Shown one piece after another: positions 10,605 through 27,662 of a stretch of DNA of 64,000 bases. The stretch comes from Eledone cirrhosa (Eukaryota), in assembly GCA_964016885.1 (NCBI GenBank), contig OZ024763.1, positions 11,532,001-11,596,000 on the forward strand, given 5' to 3'. Positions within the stretch are counted from its first letter, which is position 1, and every line of letters starts with the position of its first letter. The notes below the pieces were generated by a model. That model ran no database searches. It was not told the DNA's origin and saw only the letters and a program-made list of their open reading frames with translations. Made by a program: the position numbers and the translations under genes.

Positions 10605-10643
<39 letters not shown>

Positions 10644-11094
10644 TATATATATATATATATATAATAGCTAGACAGACAGACGACAGTGTACGCAAGCATT
10701 ATTTGTGTGTGTATGTGCATATATATATATATATGTGTGTGTGTGATTGAGAGAGAGAGAATTAAGAGGGAGAAGACATACATACACACACACATACACA
10801 CATAGATATACATACATACATACATACATATACATATACACACATAAACATATATATATACACCCAACATACACACACACACATAGACATACATACACTC
10901 ACAAATATAGATATACATACATTCACACACATAGACATACATACATTCACACATATCGACATACATACATATATACACCCCACATACACACATAGACATA
11001 TATACACACACCCAACACATACATATATACATTACTTCTCATTTGATCTTTCCTTTCTCTCGTTCTTCCATTGACCTAACCAGTGGTTTGTTGT

Positions 11095-11126
<32 letters not shown>

Positions 11127-11267
11127 TTGTTGTTGCTGTTGTTGTTGTTGATGTTGTAGTTGTCTGTTTCTAATCATCCAGCCTCTACACATCATTTTCC
11201 ACAATTAACTTCTGATACAGAGACTCCTAACAATGAAATAATCGAAGATTTGTAGACACACTTCAGA

Positions 11268-12150
11268 GATCTTATTGGATAGATCTTATTGACGGAACCT
11301 ATTGACAGAAATGTTAACAGAACTTATTAACAGATCATATGGACAGAACTGTTGACAGATCTTGTTGACAGAACTTATTGACAGATCTGGTTGACAAATC
11401 TTATTGACAAAACTCATTGACAGAAGTGTTGGCAGAAGTGTTGACAGATCTTGTTGACAGATCTTGTTGACAGATCTTATTGACAGAAGTGTTGGAAGAA
11501 GTGTTGACAGATCTTGTTGACAAATCTTGTTGACAAATCTTGTTGACAAATCTTGTTGACTGATCTTGTAGATAGAAGTGTTGACAGAACTTGTTGACAG
11601 ATCTTGTTGACAGATCTTGTTGACAGATCTTATTGACAGAAGTGTTGGAAGAAGTGTTGACAGATCTTGTTGACAAATCTTGTTGACAAATCTTGTTGAC
11701 TGATCTTGTTGATAGAAGTGTTGACAGAACTTGTTGACATATCTTGTTGACAGAAGTGTTGGCAGAAGTGTTGACAGAACTATTGACAGATCTTATTGGC
11801 TGATCTTATCAGAAGTGTTGATAGATCTTAATGACAGAACTGTTGACAGAACTGTTGATTGGAGTCTTGACATTAGTGTTGATTGGAGTGTTGACGGGAG
11901 TGTTGGCTGGAGTGTTGACATTAGTGTTGGTTGGAGTGTTGACATTAGTGTTGACGGGAGTGTTGGCTGGAGTGTTGACAGATCATATTGACAGATCTTA
12001 TTGGCAGATCTTATCAGATCTGTTGACAGATCTTATTGACAGAACTGTTGACTGGAGTGTTGACGGAAGTGTTGACAGAAGTGTCGGCTGAAGTGTTGAC
12101 AGATCTTATTGGCATATCTTATTGACTGAAATAGTGACATAACTGTTGCT
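11268..12150. repeat. Degenerate 12-13-bp tandem repeat (GTTGACAGATCTT / GTTGACAGAAGT)
   Basis: Directly visible tandem units. Confidence 0.9.
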
Positions 12151-12209
12151 AGACCCTACCTTATTTCAAGATAGGTCATGGAAGATCATATTTACACACA
12201 CACAGGCGC

Positions 12210-12244
<35 letters not shown>

Positions 12245-13039
12245 TACACTTCTAGCCGCGGATTTCTATCCTTCACGCTACATTTTACCCGACGCTGTCA
12301 TTGACGTCATTTTGTTGTTTAACAACTTTCTTTCGTTGAGATTTTCTCATTATTCTCTGATTTCTAACACACTCGCGCTTCAACTCGATCTTTGAGTAAA
12401 ACTTCAGCACTGTTCCCCTCAGTCAAGTTCCTGACTGTCACAAGATATTGGTGGGTTCTGGCAGAAGATACTTGTCATCATCACACAACACAGCTCTTGG
12501 GGACTGAACCAGCAATTGTGTGATCTCTGGGTGTTGCTTGCGCAAACACATACACACACATACATTCATACATACACACACATACATTCATATATACACA
12601 CACATACATTCATACATACACACACATCCATACATGCATACAAATACTGAGACAGACATTCATACATACACACACAGATTTATATATACACACATACATT
12701 CATACGTACACACACATCCATACATGCATACAAATACTGAGACAGACATACATTCATACATACATGCACACATATACATGCATACATATATACATACTTA
12801 CTTTCATTCATACACACACACATACATACATGCATTCATACGCATACATACACACATGTACATACGTACATACGTACACATACATAAACACACACACATA
12901 CACACATACATAAACACACAAACATATACACATACATATACATACATAAATGCATATATACATAGATACACACATACACACATGCATGCACATACACTTA
13001 GACATACACACACACTTACATACACACACATACACGAGT

Positions 13040-13625
13040 TGATGGACCTTCTACGTTGCCGACGAGGAGTGTGTGGTCCAGTTGTTTAAACAACGGGATA
13101 GCCTGCTAGACCATTCCACAGACACGTGTACCTTTCACGTAATTCTCAGTCTATGACAAGCTAGCACAAATACAGGTACGACTACTATTTTCAGCTGAGT
13201 GGACTGGAGCAATGTGAAATAAAGTGTCTTGGTGAAGGACACAGTGGACTGGAGCAATGTGAAATAAAGTGTCTTGCTCAAGGACACAGTGGACTGGAGC
13301 AATGTGAAATAAAGTGTCTTGCTCAAGAACACAGTGGACTGGAGCAACATGAAATAAAGTGTCTTGCTCAAGGACACAGTAGACTGGAGCAATGTGAAAT
13401 AAAGTGTCTTGCTCAAGGACACAGTGGACTGGAGCAATGTGAAATAAAGTGTCTTGCTCAAGGACACAGTGGACTGGAGCAACATGAAATAAAGTGTCTT
13501 GCTCAAGGACACAGTAGACTGGAGCAATGTGAAATAAAGTGTCTTGCTCAAGGACACAATGCGCCGCTGGGAATCGACCTCACAACCTCACGGACGTCAG
13601 CCGGACAACCCTATCTACTTGGACA
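13040..13625 (-). mobile_element. tRNA-derived SINE (family B) with internal 45-bp x8 tandem expansion (13199-13558)
   Basis: Minus strand has a B-box-like GGTCGATTCCC followed by TGTGTCCTTGAGCAAGACACTTTATTTCACATTGCTCCAGTCCAC x8. Its 3' part resembles 23188-23350, 41420-41525 and 62778-62970. Confidence 0.8.
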
Positions 13626-14859
13626 CACACACATACACCTCTCTCTCTCTCTTATACACACTAATACACACACATATACTCTCAATTATTGTTTCTCACA
13701 CACACACACACACACATACACCTTCTTGCTCTCTCTATCCCTCTCTCATACACACACTTATACACATACATACGCACATTGTCCGTGTCTTATATCTCAT
13801 CCGCTCTTTCTCTCCCTCACACACACACACACATTCCCACTGTCCTTTCCCACACACACACACCACACACATACTCTCTCATTCATTTTTCCACACACAC
13901 ACACACACACACAAACTCCCACCAACACACACATTCACCCTCTCTCTCACGTTCACACACACACTCGACGTCTCTCTCTATTTCTCTCTCACACACATAC
14001 ACACGCTCTCTCCTCTTGTCTCTCTCTCTCTCTCTCACACACACTCCCACCAACACCTACTCTCTCTCTCACTGTCTGCTTACCCTTCTCTCTCTCTCTC
14101 TTCCTGTCTGTCCCACTTACTCATGCAGAGACAGAGAGAGTGTGTGTGTTTCTCTGTGTGCGTGTGTTTATGTGTGTGTGTGTCAGTGTGTGCGTCTGTG
14201 TGTGTGTCTGTCTGTGTGTGTGTCAGTGTGTGTCTGTGTGTGTCTGTGTATGTGTGTCTGTCTGTGTATTTGTTTGTGTCGTGTGTGTGTGTGTCTGTGT
14301 GTGTGTGTGTGTCAGTGTGTGTCTGTCTGTGTCTGTGGGTATGTGTGTGCCTGTGTCTGTGTATTTGTCTGTGTGTGTGTGTGTGTGTGTGTCTGTGTGT
14401 GTATTTGTCTGTGTGTGTATTTGTCTGTGTGTGTATTTGTCTGTGTGTGTGTGTGTGTGTGTGTGTATCTGTGTATATGTCTGCGGGGACGTCATTGTGA
14501 GTGCAGGGGGGGGTGGGGGGGGGGGGTACTAGAGCAGTAAGAGAGAGAGAGGTGTAGGGGTTATGTTCTATGTTCCAGTATGGAAGACGTTCAAGAAATT
14601 GTGTGGCAGTGAGCCAGAGTCAATCTGAGCCGTGCCAGAAAGCAAACTCCGGACTTCTTCTTTGGCAGACGATAGCAACAGGTCTCATCAGCTGGAAGAA
14701 TTGGTTTCGATCCAGTCAGTTAAGTTTCCATATTGGTTTGGAATTGGAAGCACACAGATTATCATAATAAACGTACAACGTCTTGTATCGGTCTGGCACA
14801 CAAACCCTGCACTCTAACATATCCATTCAGAGTTCATGGGGAAACAAACATAATATAGA

Positions 14860-15001
14860 GAAGGGCAAATGACAAAATGTGTTTTCTATCACTCGGGCCA
14901 TTTCTGCCACATTCACCCACCTTTCAGTAAATTTACTGGGGTGCAGTGCCTCTCTCTCCACTCTGATTCTCCTTCTAAAGTGGTACCTAAAGAAGGGAAT
15001 G

Positions 15002-15033
<32 letters not shown>

Positions 15034-16107
15034 TTCTTTATTTGCCACAAGGGCGCACAAGAAAAGGGGGACAATACAAGAACATATGCCGGGGATTTTA
15101 CATACAGTCTCTCCGAGCACGTCGTCGCCCTTGTGACTCTATAGAATGTCAAAGTGGAGTCTCCACTGATTGCTGTGCCCGCTTGACAGAGGCCTGTGAG
15201 CGCCTGAGCGCATTCAATGTGCCAAGCGCCCATCTTGTTCGGTCTCCGCTTGACCCAGGACTGCAGTTCCGTCAAGGAGACAAGTTGCGAGAAAGCCAGT
15301 CTCACAAACGGTGCCCACACCGGTTGGGGGTCGGTGAGGAATACCTGGAGATGCTGTAGTCTCAGACAGACAGATAGATAAGTAGATAGTTTGAGAGAGA
15401 GATAGATAGATAGATATATTTCTTTATTAGCCACAGGGGCACAAAAGAAGGGGACAAATACAAAGGGGGAAGTTTACATACAATAAAAACGTGTAAAATG
15501 TTATCACAGATGGAATTTAAAAGTTAGTCGATTTTCCCCAATAGAGGGAGACAGTTTATATGGGTAACACATACCCCCGAAAAAAATGTGCAACCCTCAT
15601 CTCCAGGAGTACGAAGAGCTTGTACCCCCTTCCTCTCCTCCTCCTTTTCCTCAATCTACAGGCTGATATAGAGAGAAGGCCCATTCACTCGGGCCATTCT
15701 CGCCACTTTCACCCACCTTTCATAAAACTTGCTGGGGTACAGCACCTCTCTCTCCATCCTGATTCTTCTTCCAAAGTGGTATTTGAAAAAAAGAATCAGT
15801 TGTTGGCCGGAGAGAAAGGTGTCTGACCTCAGCCCTTTCAACCTTGTCCACCATACAACCTCTTTCGCCATAGCTATCACACAAAGGAAAACCGCCTCTC
15901 CTTCGTTTTTGAAGGAGGGTGGCGGTTTGATCATGACAATGGACTCGGTGGTCAACTGGATTGGTCCCACCCGCGACAATAGTCGTTCTACATATCCCCA
16001 CAGGTCAGTGACGCCCGGGCAGTGTATGAATGCGTAGATAGATAGATAGATTTCTTTATTAGCCACAAGGGCGCAACAAGAAAGGGGACAATACAAAGAC
16101 ATGTCGG
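14860..16107 (-). mobile_element. Stack of four truncated Tx1-like (L1 clade) LINE fragments separated by (GATA)n
   Basis: ORF2 C-terminal remnants AFIHCPGVTDLW...AKEVVWWTRLK...FFKYHFGRRIRMERE...FYERW. Three homologous 3' ends with AATAAA (forward TTTATT at 15037, 15423, 16055), each abutting (TCTA)n. Confidence 0.8.
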
Positions 16108-16489
16108 GGATAGATAGATAGATAGATAGATAGATAGGTGGTGGATGGATAGATAGATAGATAGACAGACATATAGATAGATATAGAGAGAGAAACAGAC
16201 AGATAAATAGATCGATATTACACTAATAAGTCTTCTGCTTCTGATTTTCACTGTGACACGTTCCAGGTTTTCAGCCTATATTGACTCAACTAACAAAGTT
16301 ACTTTCCCTTTACCATTCTCTATATTTAAAGCCTAACACAATATATTTCTTACTATTTTCCCTCCTCTTTTGGAACAAAGAATATAACACAACTATTACA
16401 AATTGAATGATAAGCTGACGACCTGGGGCTTGTCTCAATGAAAGTCTAAAATAGAGAAACGATTGTACCTAAATGACAGCGTACTTAGT

Positions 16490-17845
<1,356 letters not shown>

Positions 17846-17982
17846 GTATTAAGTTGTTAAACAATATTCAATGATTATGTCAAAGAATGAGTTTTACAGT
17901 AGATTGGAAGCACTCAACGGTAAAATAATTTTCAGGAGTTATTAATATATAAGTATTAATAAAATAGATGTTCTTTTGATCA

Positions 17983-18045
17983 ATTACATTTTATTATACA
18001 TATTTCGGATGTACAACAGTACGTCCTCATCAGACAAAATATAAT
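17983..18045 (-). ncRNA. Type I hammerhead ribozyme, family H2 (left arm of palindrome 17991-18204)
   Basis: attatattttgt-CTGATGA-ggacgtac-tgtt-gtacatcc-GAAA-tatgtATA-ataaaatgtaat: 12-bp stem I (2 G-U), 8-bp stem II with one mismatch, near-palindromic loop III, AUA triplet. Confidence 0.8.
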
Positions 18046-18149
18046 GATACATGATATACCCTGAGATGTTAAATGGTTAGTATTTAATCAAGGTAGTACG
18101 ACCTTGATTAAATCCTAACCATTTAACATCTCAGGGTATATCATGTTTC

Positions 18150-18204
18150 ATTATATTTTGTCTGATGAGGACGTACTGTTGTACATCCGAAATATGTATA
18201 ATAA
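18150..18204 (+). ncRNA. Type I hammerhead ribozyme, family H2 (right arm, stem I truncated)
   Basis: CTGATGA at 18162-18168 with the same core; only ~4 bp of stem I retained. Confidence 0.65.
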
Positions 18205-18402
18205 TGATGGAGTTGGGCCATCAAAATAAATATAATGATTTCGCGGAATTAAAATTCTAATGTAAATTTTCCAGTCTGGCTTTCTGTTGTTTAATAAATA
18301 CTTTATTCCGTTCCTGCATCAACCATTGGATACCACATCTATGATGGATGATTTACATAACGTTGGGTGCTTTAAATAATTTGTTGCATCATTGTTTACA
18401 AA

Positions 18403-19400
18403 CTGTATCAATATATACAGTCAACATCTACACACTGTATCTATATATACACTCAACATCTACACACTGTATCTATATATACAGTCAACATATACACCCT
18501 GTATCTATATATACAGTCAACATATACACCCTGTATCTATATATACAGTCAACATATACACCCTGTATCTATATATACAGTCAACATCTACACACTGTAT
18601 CTATATATACAGTCAACATCTACACACTGTATCTATATATACAGTCAATATCTACACACTGTATCTATATATACAGTCAATATCTACACTCTGTATCTAT
18701 ATATATATACAGTCAACATATACACACTGTATCTATATATACAGTCAACATATACAGCATGTATCTATATATATACACAGTCAACATCTACACACTGTAT
18801 CTATATATATACATTCAACATCTACACACTGTATCTATATATATAGTCAACATATACACCCTGTATCTATATATCTGGTCAACATATATACACACTGTAT
18901 CTATATACCCAGTGAATATATACACACTGTGTCAATATATACACACTATATATCTGGAAAAAAAATATATATATACACTGATTATATATATCCAGTCAAT
19001 ATATAGACACTATGCTGATGTATATACACACTGTATCTATATACCCAGTCAATATATAGACACTGTATCTATATATACACACTGTATCTATATACCCAGT
19101 CAATATATACACACTGTATCTATATATCCAGTCAATATATACACACTGTATCTATATATACACACTGTATCTATATACCCAGTCAATATATACACAATGT
19201 ATCTATATATACACACTGTATCTATATACCCAGTCAATATATAGACACTGTATCTATATATACACACTGTATCTATATACCCAGTCAATATATAGACACT
19301 GTATCTATATATACACACTGTATCTATATACCCAGTCAATATATACACACTGTATCTATATACCCAGTCAATATATACACACTGTATCAATATATATCCA
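18403..19400. repeat. ~31-bp minisatellite (TACACACTGTATCTATATATACAGTCAACATC) and variants
   Basis: Directly visible tandem units. Confidence 0.9.
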
Positions 19401-20314
19401 GATGTCGTCTGTCACTTTATTGACACCATCTTACAATCACATTGATGGCGTCTCTCTCTCTCTCTCCTTCCCGCCACCGCCCTCTCCCTCCCTACTTTCC
19501 CCCTCCCTCTCCCTCCCCCGCTCTCTCTCCTTCCCCCTCCCTCTCTCTCTCTCCTTCCTCTCTTCCCCCTCCCTACCCCTCTCTCGTGTTATATTAAATA
19601 TGTCAATCAACACTTAAATTAGTTAATCAGACATGAAAATCGATATCAATGATGGAGAAAGATGGAGCAAATATCGATGAGACTACGCTATATATATTGG
19701 TGTTGTAACTGTTACTGTCAGATCGGTTGAAGAAGATATATGGTGAGATATTTTCAGATATCTTCTGATATCTTTAAATATCCTCACTTGTCAGGAAATA
19801 TCAAATTATTAACTCATCATATAATAAAACAATAACTATGTATTATCGTTGGATATACACACGTACACAGACACACACATACATATATACAGACATACAG
19901 ACATACACACGTATATACATACATACACACATATATACATATATACATACAGACACACATACATACATACATACATACATACATACATACATACATACAT
20001 ACAGACACATACTACATACATACATACAGACACACATATACATACACACATACATACAGACACACATATACATACACACATATACATACATACATACATA
20101 CACACACACATATATACAGACAGACACACATATATACATACATACATACATACAGACACACATATACATACATACATACGCTCACACATACAGGCATACA
20201 TGAGGAAATACACACATAGAGGCATACATACATACACACATACGCAGGCAGACACACACACATACATGCATGCATACACATATACGGACACACATACATA
20301 TATATAAATATATA

Positions 20315-20659
20315 TGATGGCTGCCCCCTCGTTATCGAGTATGGCCATTACACGATATACCATTATTAATAATTATTAATTCATTCTAATTGGCAGTATC
20401 AGTAGAGGGTCGGACGCCATGCTTTCCAGCATAGTTACGTCCCTTTACGATCTGAGTTCAAATCCCGCCGAGGTTGACTTTGCCTTTCATCCTTACGGGG
20501 TCGATAAAATAAAGTACCAGTAATACACTGGGTAATTGCTGGCCTTGTGCCTAAAGTAGAAACAATTAATTAATTCTATCGTGCAATGCCTGTGCGTGAA
20601 GATATTTTTTTAAAGTAAGGAAAGACTGTGCACCGAGCCAATCCCACTCTCTGAGCGAC
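20315..20659 (-). mobile_element. RTE-derived element fragments (20315-20350, 20565-20659) split by a SINE-A insertion
   Basis: TGGCTGCCCCCTCGTTATCGAGTATGGCCA resembles the RTE 3' tip at 1917 and 58948; 20565-20659 matches 3450-3542. Confidence 0.65.
20388..20568 (+). mobile_element. tRNA-derived SINE (family A)
   Basis: A-box-like TGGCAGTATCAG, B box GAGTTCAAATCC, core ACTTTGCCTTTCATCC...GGGGTCGATAAAATAAAGTACCAG, tail GCCTTGTGCC.AAAGTAGAAACAATTA. Confidence 0.9.
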
Positions 20660-20677
20660 ATACATACGTACATACAT

Positions 20678-20705
20678 GTCAAAAATGTACTCGAAATTAA
20701 GAGAA
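20678..20705 (+). mobile_element. 28-bp 3' tip of the R4-like element inside (CATA)n
   Basis: GTCAAAAATGTACTCGAAATTAAGAGAA matches 3398-3425 at 27/28. Confidence 0.8.
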
Positions 20706-20719
20706 CATACATACATACA

Positions 20720-23030
<2,311 letters not shown>

Positions 23031-23139
23031 TATTTTGATTGATTGATTCGAAGCATTTCACTAAATACATTTAAGATCGGACATTAGTTCAACCAGCGCC
23101 ATATTGAATGATGACCGCCATTTTGTATAGATTAAATAA

Positions 23140-23189
<50 letters not shown>

Positions 23190-23684
23190 AATGGACCTCG
23201 GTCGGTTTTAACGATGAGTGTTCCAGTTGTTTGATCAATGGATCAGCCAACTCATGAAATTAACATGAGTACATCCAACGTAATTCTCAGGGAGATTCTT
23301 TAGAGACATTTAGCCTGAGACAGGTTGACCCTTTCAATTACTGGAACTACTACAGTTAATGGGCTTCCAAACAGTCACTGTCTACCCAATTCCACTCACA
23401 ATACGCAGGTTGACCTGAAGTTATAGTAAATAACACTTGTCTAAGATATCACACTGTGATATTGGACCTGGGACTGCTTTGTTCACGTTTCTATATATAC
23501 ATATGTATGTGTATATTTTATTATACACACACACTAAACAGCCAAAGTACACACTCACAGTCTGTATACTAACAATATGTATTCATATACACCTTAACAC
23601 AGTCTTGCTTACAGTCTTGGTTATATGTATATACATACATATAACCTTGTCATGCACTTCGGCTGTTTAGCGCACAACTTAATA

Positions 23685-23883
23685 CAGCCTGTTCGCTTTT
23701 TACGCGAACTTGAAGTACGCGAATTCGCTTTAACGCCCCTTGAAAAAATATGATTAAATATTCACTTTGCGCGAATAATCAGTTATTTTTTTTATTTATC
23801 AGAAATATTAGACTTGAATTACGCGAATTTGCTTTACACGCCGAGTTCACGAACCGATCTTCGCGTAAAAAGCGAACAGACTT
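23685..23883. mobile_element. Tigger/pogo-like MITE
   Basis: TA|CAGCCTGTTCGCTTTTTACGCGAA ... TTCGCGTAAAAAGCGAACAGACT inverted termini. Confidence 0.75.
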
Positions 23884-23885
23884 AT

Positions 23886-23919
<34 letters not shown>

Positions 23920-23921
23920 GT

Positions 23922-24041
23922 GTTATTCCGGGTTGAGTCGGAGGTAACCACAGTAAGTAAGGTACTCAATACATTGCAGAGTATAAAAGTTTTAATATAG
24001 ATGAGATTCTACAGGACTAGAACTGTTTCATTCTTTAGTAA
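23922..24041 (-). mobile_element. 5'-truncated copy of hammerhead element family H3 (3' half of ribozyme plus tail)
   Basis: Reverse complement of 44583-44703 and 38460-38579. Confidence 0.85.
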
Positions 24042-24161
24042 TGGGAAAATACTTTGAAAGGAAGTTGCCCCTGAAATGAGAATACAAATGGAATAAAACA
24101 AGTTTCGCGTAAATCGGAGAACGGGGTCCCGAGATACATGGTTTTTCCGAGTACCTTCATA
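24042..24161 (+). mobile_element. 3' end of a mariner-like element
   Basis: GKYFE-type transposase C-terminus followed by TIR-like TTTTTCCGAGTACCTTCA|TA. Confidence 0.5.
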
Positions 24162-24679
24162 AAAATATATAGAGAAAGATAGAGAGAAAGAGATAGTGGC
24201 TGTGAGAGAGTAGATTGAAAGAGAGACATATTTAAAAATTATTTTTAAGTGAACGTGACCCAATGGGTCACCGGTGGCCTAGTCTTAATTAATTACCAAG
24301 ATGAGCGCTAATTATATGCAAATTAGTTTATCCATTTCAGGATACTACTGTGATAGGGTATATAAGCCCGTTGGTTATATATTTCCTTGGGGTTGTTTCA
24401 ATGATATATATACCTTCTGAGGAAGGACCAAATAGGCTTGAAAATCTGTTATTAAAATTACAAGGAAATACGTCTATTAGGTGTGTTTACATGTCTCTGT
24501 ACTAAAAATATATAAATTTCTATACACAGCCTCGGTTACACTCTATATATAGTAAAAATGTGTAAATCTATACACATTTACACAGCTTCGGTTATTAAGA
24601 TTCTATATATACGGACATAACTTTGGCTGTTTAGCACACGACTTTATATGAGTGTATATACTGTCAGAAATATCACTAT

Positions 24680-25279
24680 GTTGTCAGTAGTTGTTGTTAC
24701 ATGTTGTTGTAGGTGTTGTTGCTGTTGTTGTTGTTACTTGTTGTTGCTGTTGCTGTGGTTGTTGTTGTTATAGTTGTTGTTGCTGCTGCTGTTGTTGTTG
24801 TTACTTCTTGTTGTTGCTGCTGTTGTTGTTGTTGTTATAGTTGTTTTTGCTGCTGTTGTTGTTACTTGTTGTTGCTGCTGTTGTTGTTGTTGTTATAGTT
24901 GTTGTTGTGACAGTTGTTGTTGTGACAGTTGTTGTTGTTGTTACTTGTTGTTTTCGCTGCTGCTATAGTTGTTGTTACTTGTTGTTGTAGGTGTTATTGT
25001 TGTTGTTGTTACTTGTTGCTGCTGCTGCTGCTGTTGTTGTTGTTGTGACAGTTGTTGTTGTTATTGTTGTTGTTGCTGCTGCTATAGTTGTTGTTACATG
25101 TTGTTGTTGTGGTTGTTGTTGTTATAGTTGTTGTTGCTGTTATTGTTATGTCTTGTCAGGGCATGGGTACAGCTCTCATAAACATCAATGGCGTTGTTTT
25201 CACTACCACCACTACTGCTACTGCTGCTACTACTACTACCACTACTGCTACTACTACTACTGCTGCTGCTACCACCACC

Positions 25280-25323
<44 letters not shown>

Positions 25324-25639
25324 CACTACTATTGCTATTACTACCACCACCACTACTACCTCCACTACCACCACAACCACCACCACTACCACCACTACTA
25401 CTACTACCACCACAACCACCACTACTACTACTACCACCACAACCACCACTACTACTACCACTACTACTACCACTATTACTAGTACCACCACAACCACCAT
25501 CACTACTACTACCCCCACCACCACCACCACCACTACTACTACTGCCACCACCACTACTTCTATTACTGCTACCACTACTACTGCTATTACTACCACCACC
25601 ACTACTACCCCCACTACCACCACAACCACCACCACTACC

Positions 25640-25680
<41 letters not shown>

Positions 25681-25810
25681 TACCACCACCACTACTACTA
25701 CCACCACAACCACCACCACTACCACCACAACCACCACCACCACTACTACTACCCCACTACCACCACCACCACCACCGCCACTACTATTGTTATTGTTACT
25801 GTTGCTATTA
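24680..25810. repeat. (GTT/GCT)n and (ACT/ACC)n trinucleotide tracts
   Basis: Directly visible. Confidence 0.95.
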
Positions 25811-26223
25811 TGAATATTTGTCTTTTTCTGTCAAAGCTATTGTTCTTCTTCTTGTCATTGCTGTCCATCATGGCGTCTACAGCAACTTCCTGTTGTTGTT
25901 GTTAATGTTGTTGTTGTTATAAATGCTATAGTTGTTGTTGTTCTTCTTCCACTGTCGTAACACATTCTACCGGCTGTCACATCTCATACACGTGACAGCT
26001 CTGATGTCTGTTAGTAAGCACAAAAACTCGTATGAACCACACACACACACACACACACACTGACACACACACACACACACACACTCTAGCGCGCACACAC
26101 ACACACACACATACATACACTGACATACACACTCACTCACTCACACACATATACACTCTAGCGCACACACTCACGCGCACATACATACATACATACATGC
26201 ATAAATACATACATACATCTATG

Positions 26224-26282
<59 letters not shown>

Positions 26283-26290
26283 GTGTGTGA

Positions 26291-26322
<32 letters not shown>

Positions 26323-26609
26323 ATATGTGTATGTATATATATGTGTGTGTGTGTGTATATGTGTGTATGTGTATATATATATATATGTGTATATATATAT
26401 ATGTGTGTGTATATATATATGTGTGTGTATATATATATATATATGTGTGTGTATATATATATATATATGTGTGTGTGTATATATATATGTGTGTGTATAT
26501 ATATATATGTGTGTGTATATATATATATATGTGTGTATATATATATATATATGTGTGTGTATATATATATATATGTGTGTGTATATATATGTGTGTGTAT
26601 ATATATATG

Positions 26610-26650
<41 letters not shown>

Positions 26651-26868
26651 ACGCACATACATAGACATACTCTCCACATAATCAGAGATGGAAAGATATG
26701 CACGACTTCCTTCCCCTCACTTTACTTCACCTGATGAAAGACTAACATCCGATACGTTAAGCCGTTCCTTCTCCTCTTCCAACAAGACTTCATGTCTTTG
26801 TCAATTTTAATCTTGAACTACAGAAATGTTTTTTTTCAGTTCAATAATCCTCATTTATTGATCTAAGC

Positions 26869-27478
26869 CAGTCCTTCCCAAACTTTCTTCTCTTCTCTGG
26901 GCCTCACTTTCAGAATGAAAATATGCTCCCGCCTCACCAAATTTTACATAATAAAAAGTACATTAAAAAATAAAAAAAACAACGAAAATAATGCGGTAAA
27001 TATAATATATAACCTAAATATAACATAAATAACTTATAATTGTTTCTACTTTTTGGCACAAGGCCAGCAATTACCCAGTGCATTACTGGTACTTTATTTT
27101 ATCGACCCCGTAAGGACGAAAGGCAAAGTTAACCTCGGCGGGATTTGAACTCAGATTATAAAGGGACTTACTGAAAGGTACCAGCTTGTTTTTGACGAGT
27201 AATCTCCCTTTATTTTAGACTTAATTTGAGATAAACTCATCTCCTCAACACAAAGAAGCCTTTCCTGTTTTTAGTTTTTGATATTTGTCAGAACTGAAAA
27301 TCCTTGTTCCCAGAAATATGTCGTGGAGAACTGTAGAAGAATGGATAATACTCTTGAAGGAACGTATGGATATTGTTTCTGGTTGTATATCCAGTCTTTG
27401 TCTTTCAATCATTCCACTTCACTTGCTATCCTCTTCCGCCACACCTATAAGGCGAGCCGCACTGTTTGGGAACCACTG
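26869..27478 (-). mobile_element. Deleted hAT (Buster/Charlie-type) transposon with perfect 8-bp TSD
   Basis: ATCTAAGC|CAGTCCTTCCCAAAC ... GTTTGGGAACCACTG|ATCTAAGC. The minus strand encodes a remnant of the hAT dimerisation domain, ILLQFSTTYFWEQGFSVLTNIK. Confidence 0.85.
27037..27168 (-). mobile_element. SINE-A (5'-truncated) nested in the hAT element
   Basis: Reverse complement of SINE-A B box, core and tail. Confidence 0.9.
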
Positions 27479-27486
27479 ATCTAAGC

Positions 27487-27576
27487 AATCACAGATCAAA
27501 TATAATCACCGATCAAATATAATCACAGATCAAATATAATCACCGATCAAATACAATCACCGATCAAACATATCAC
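27487..27576. repeat. 17-bp tandem repeat x5 (AATCACMGATCAAATAT)
   Basis: Directly visible. Confidence 0.85.
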
Positions 27577-27662
27577 TTAGCGTTATAGGTATCCATGATG
27601 GTGAGAACAGATAATAAATATATGGTATCTAATGGAGTATTGTTATTAATTAAGAAAAAAAA

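Noticed and set aside
14676-14720. GAAAC...CTGATGA on the minus strand (type II hammerhead?)
   Set aside because: Too little sequence between the motifs to form stems I and III.
24413-24470. CTGAGGA...GAAA hammerhead-like motif
   Set aside because: No consistent stem I and cleavage triplet combination.
25088-25922. Poly-Thr (mucin-like) and poly-Leu/Pro ORFs
   Set aside because: Trinucleotide microsatellite open in several frames.
26725-26765. CTGATGA...GATACGTT hammerhead-like motif
   Set aside because: GAAA is mutated and stems I and II do not pair; possibly an old PLE remnant but unsupported.
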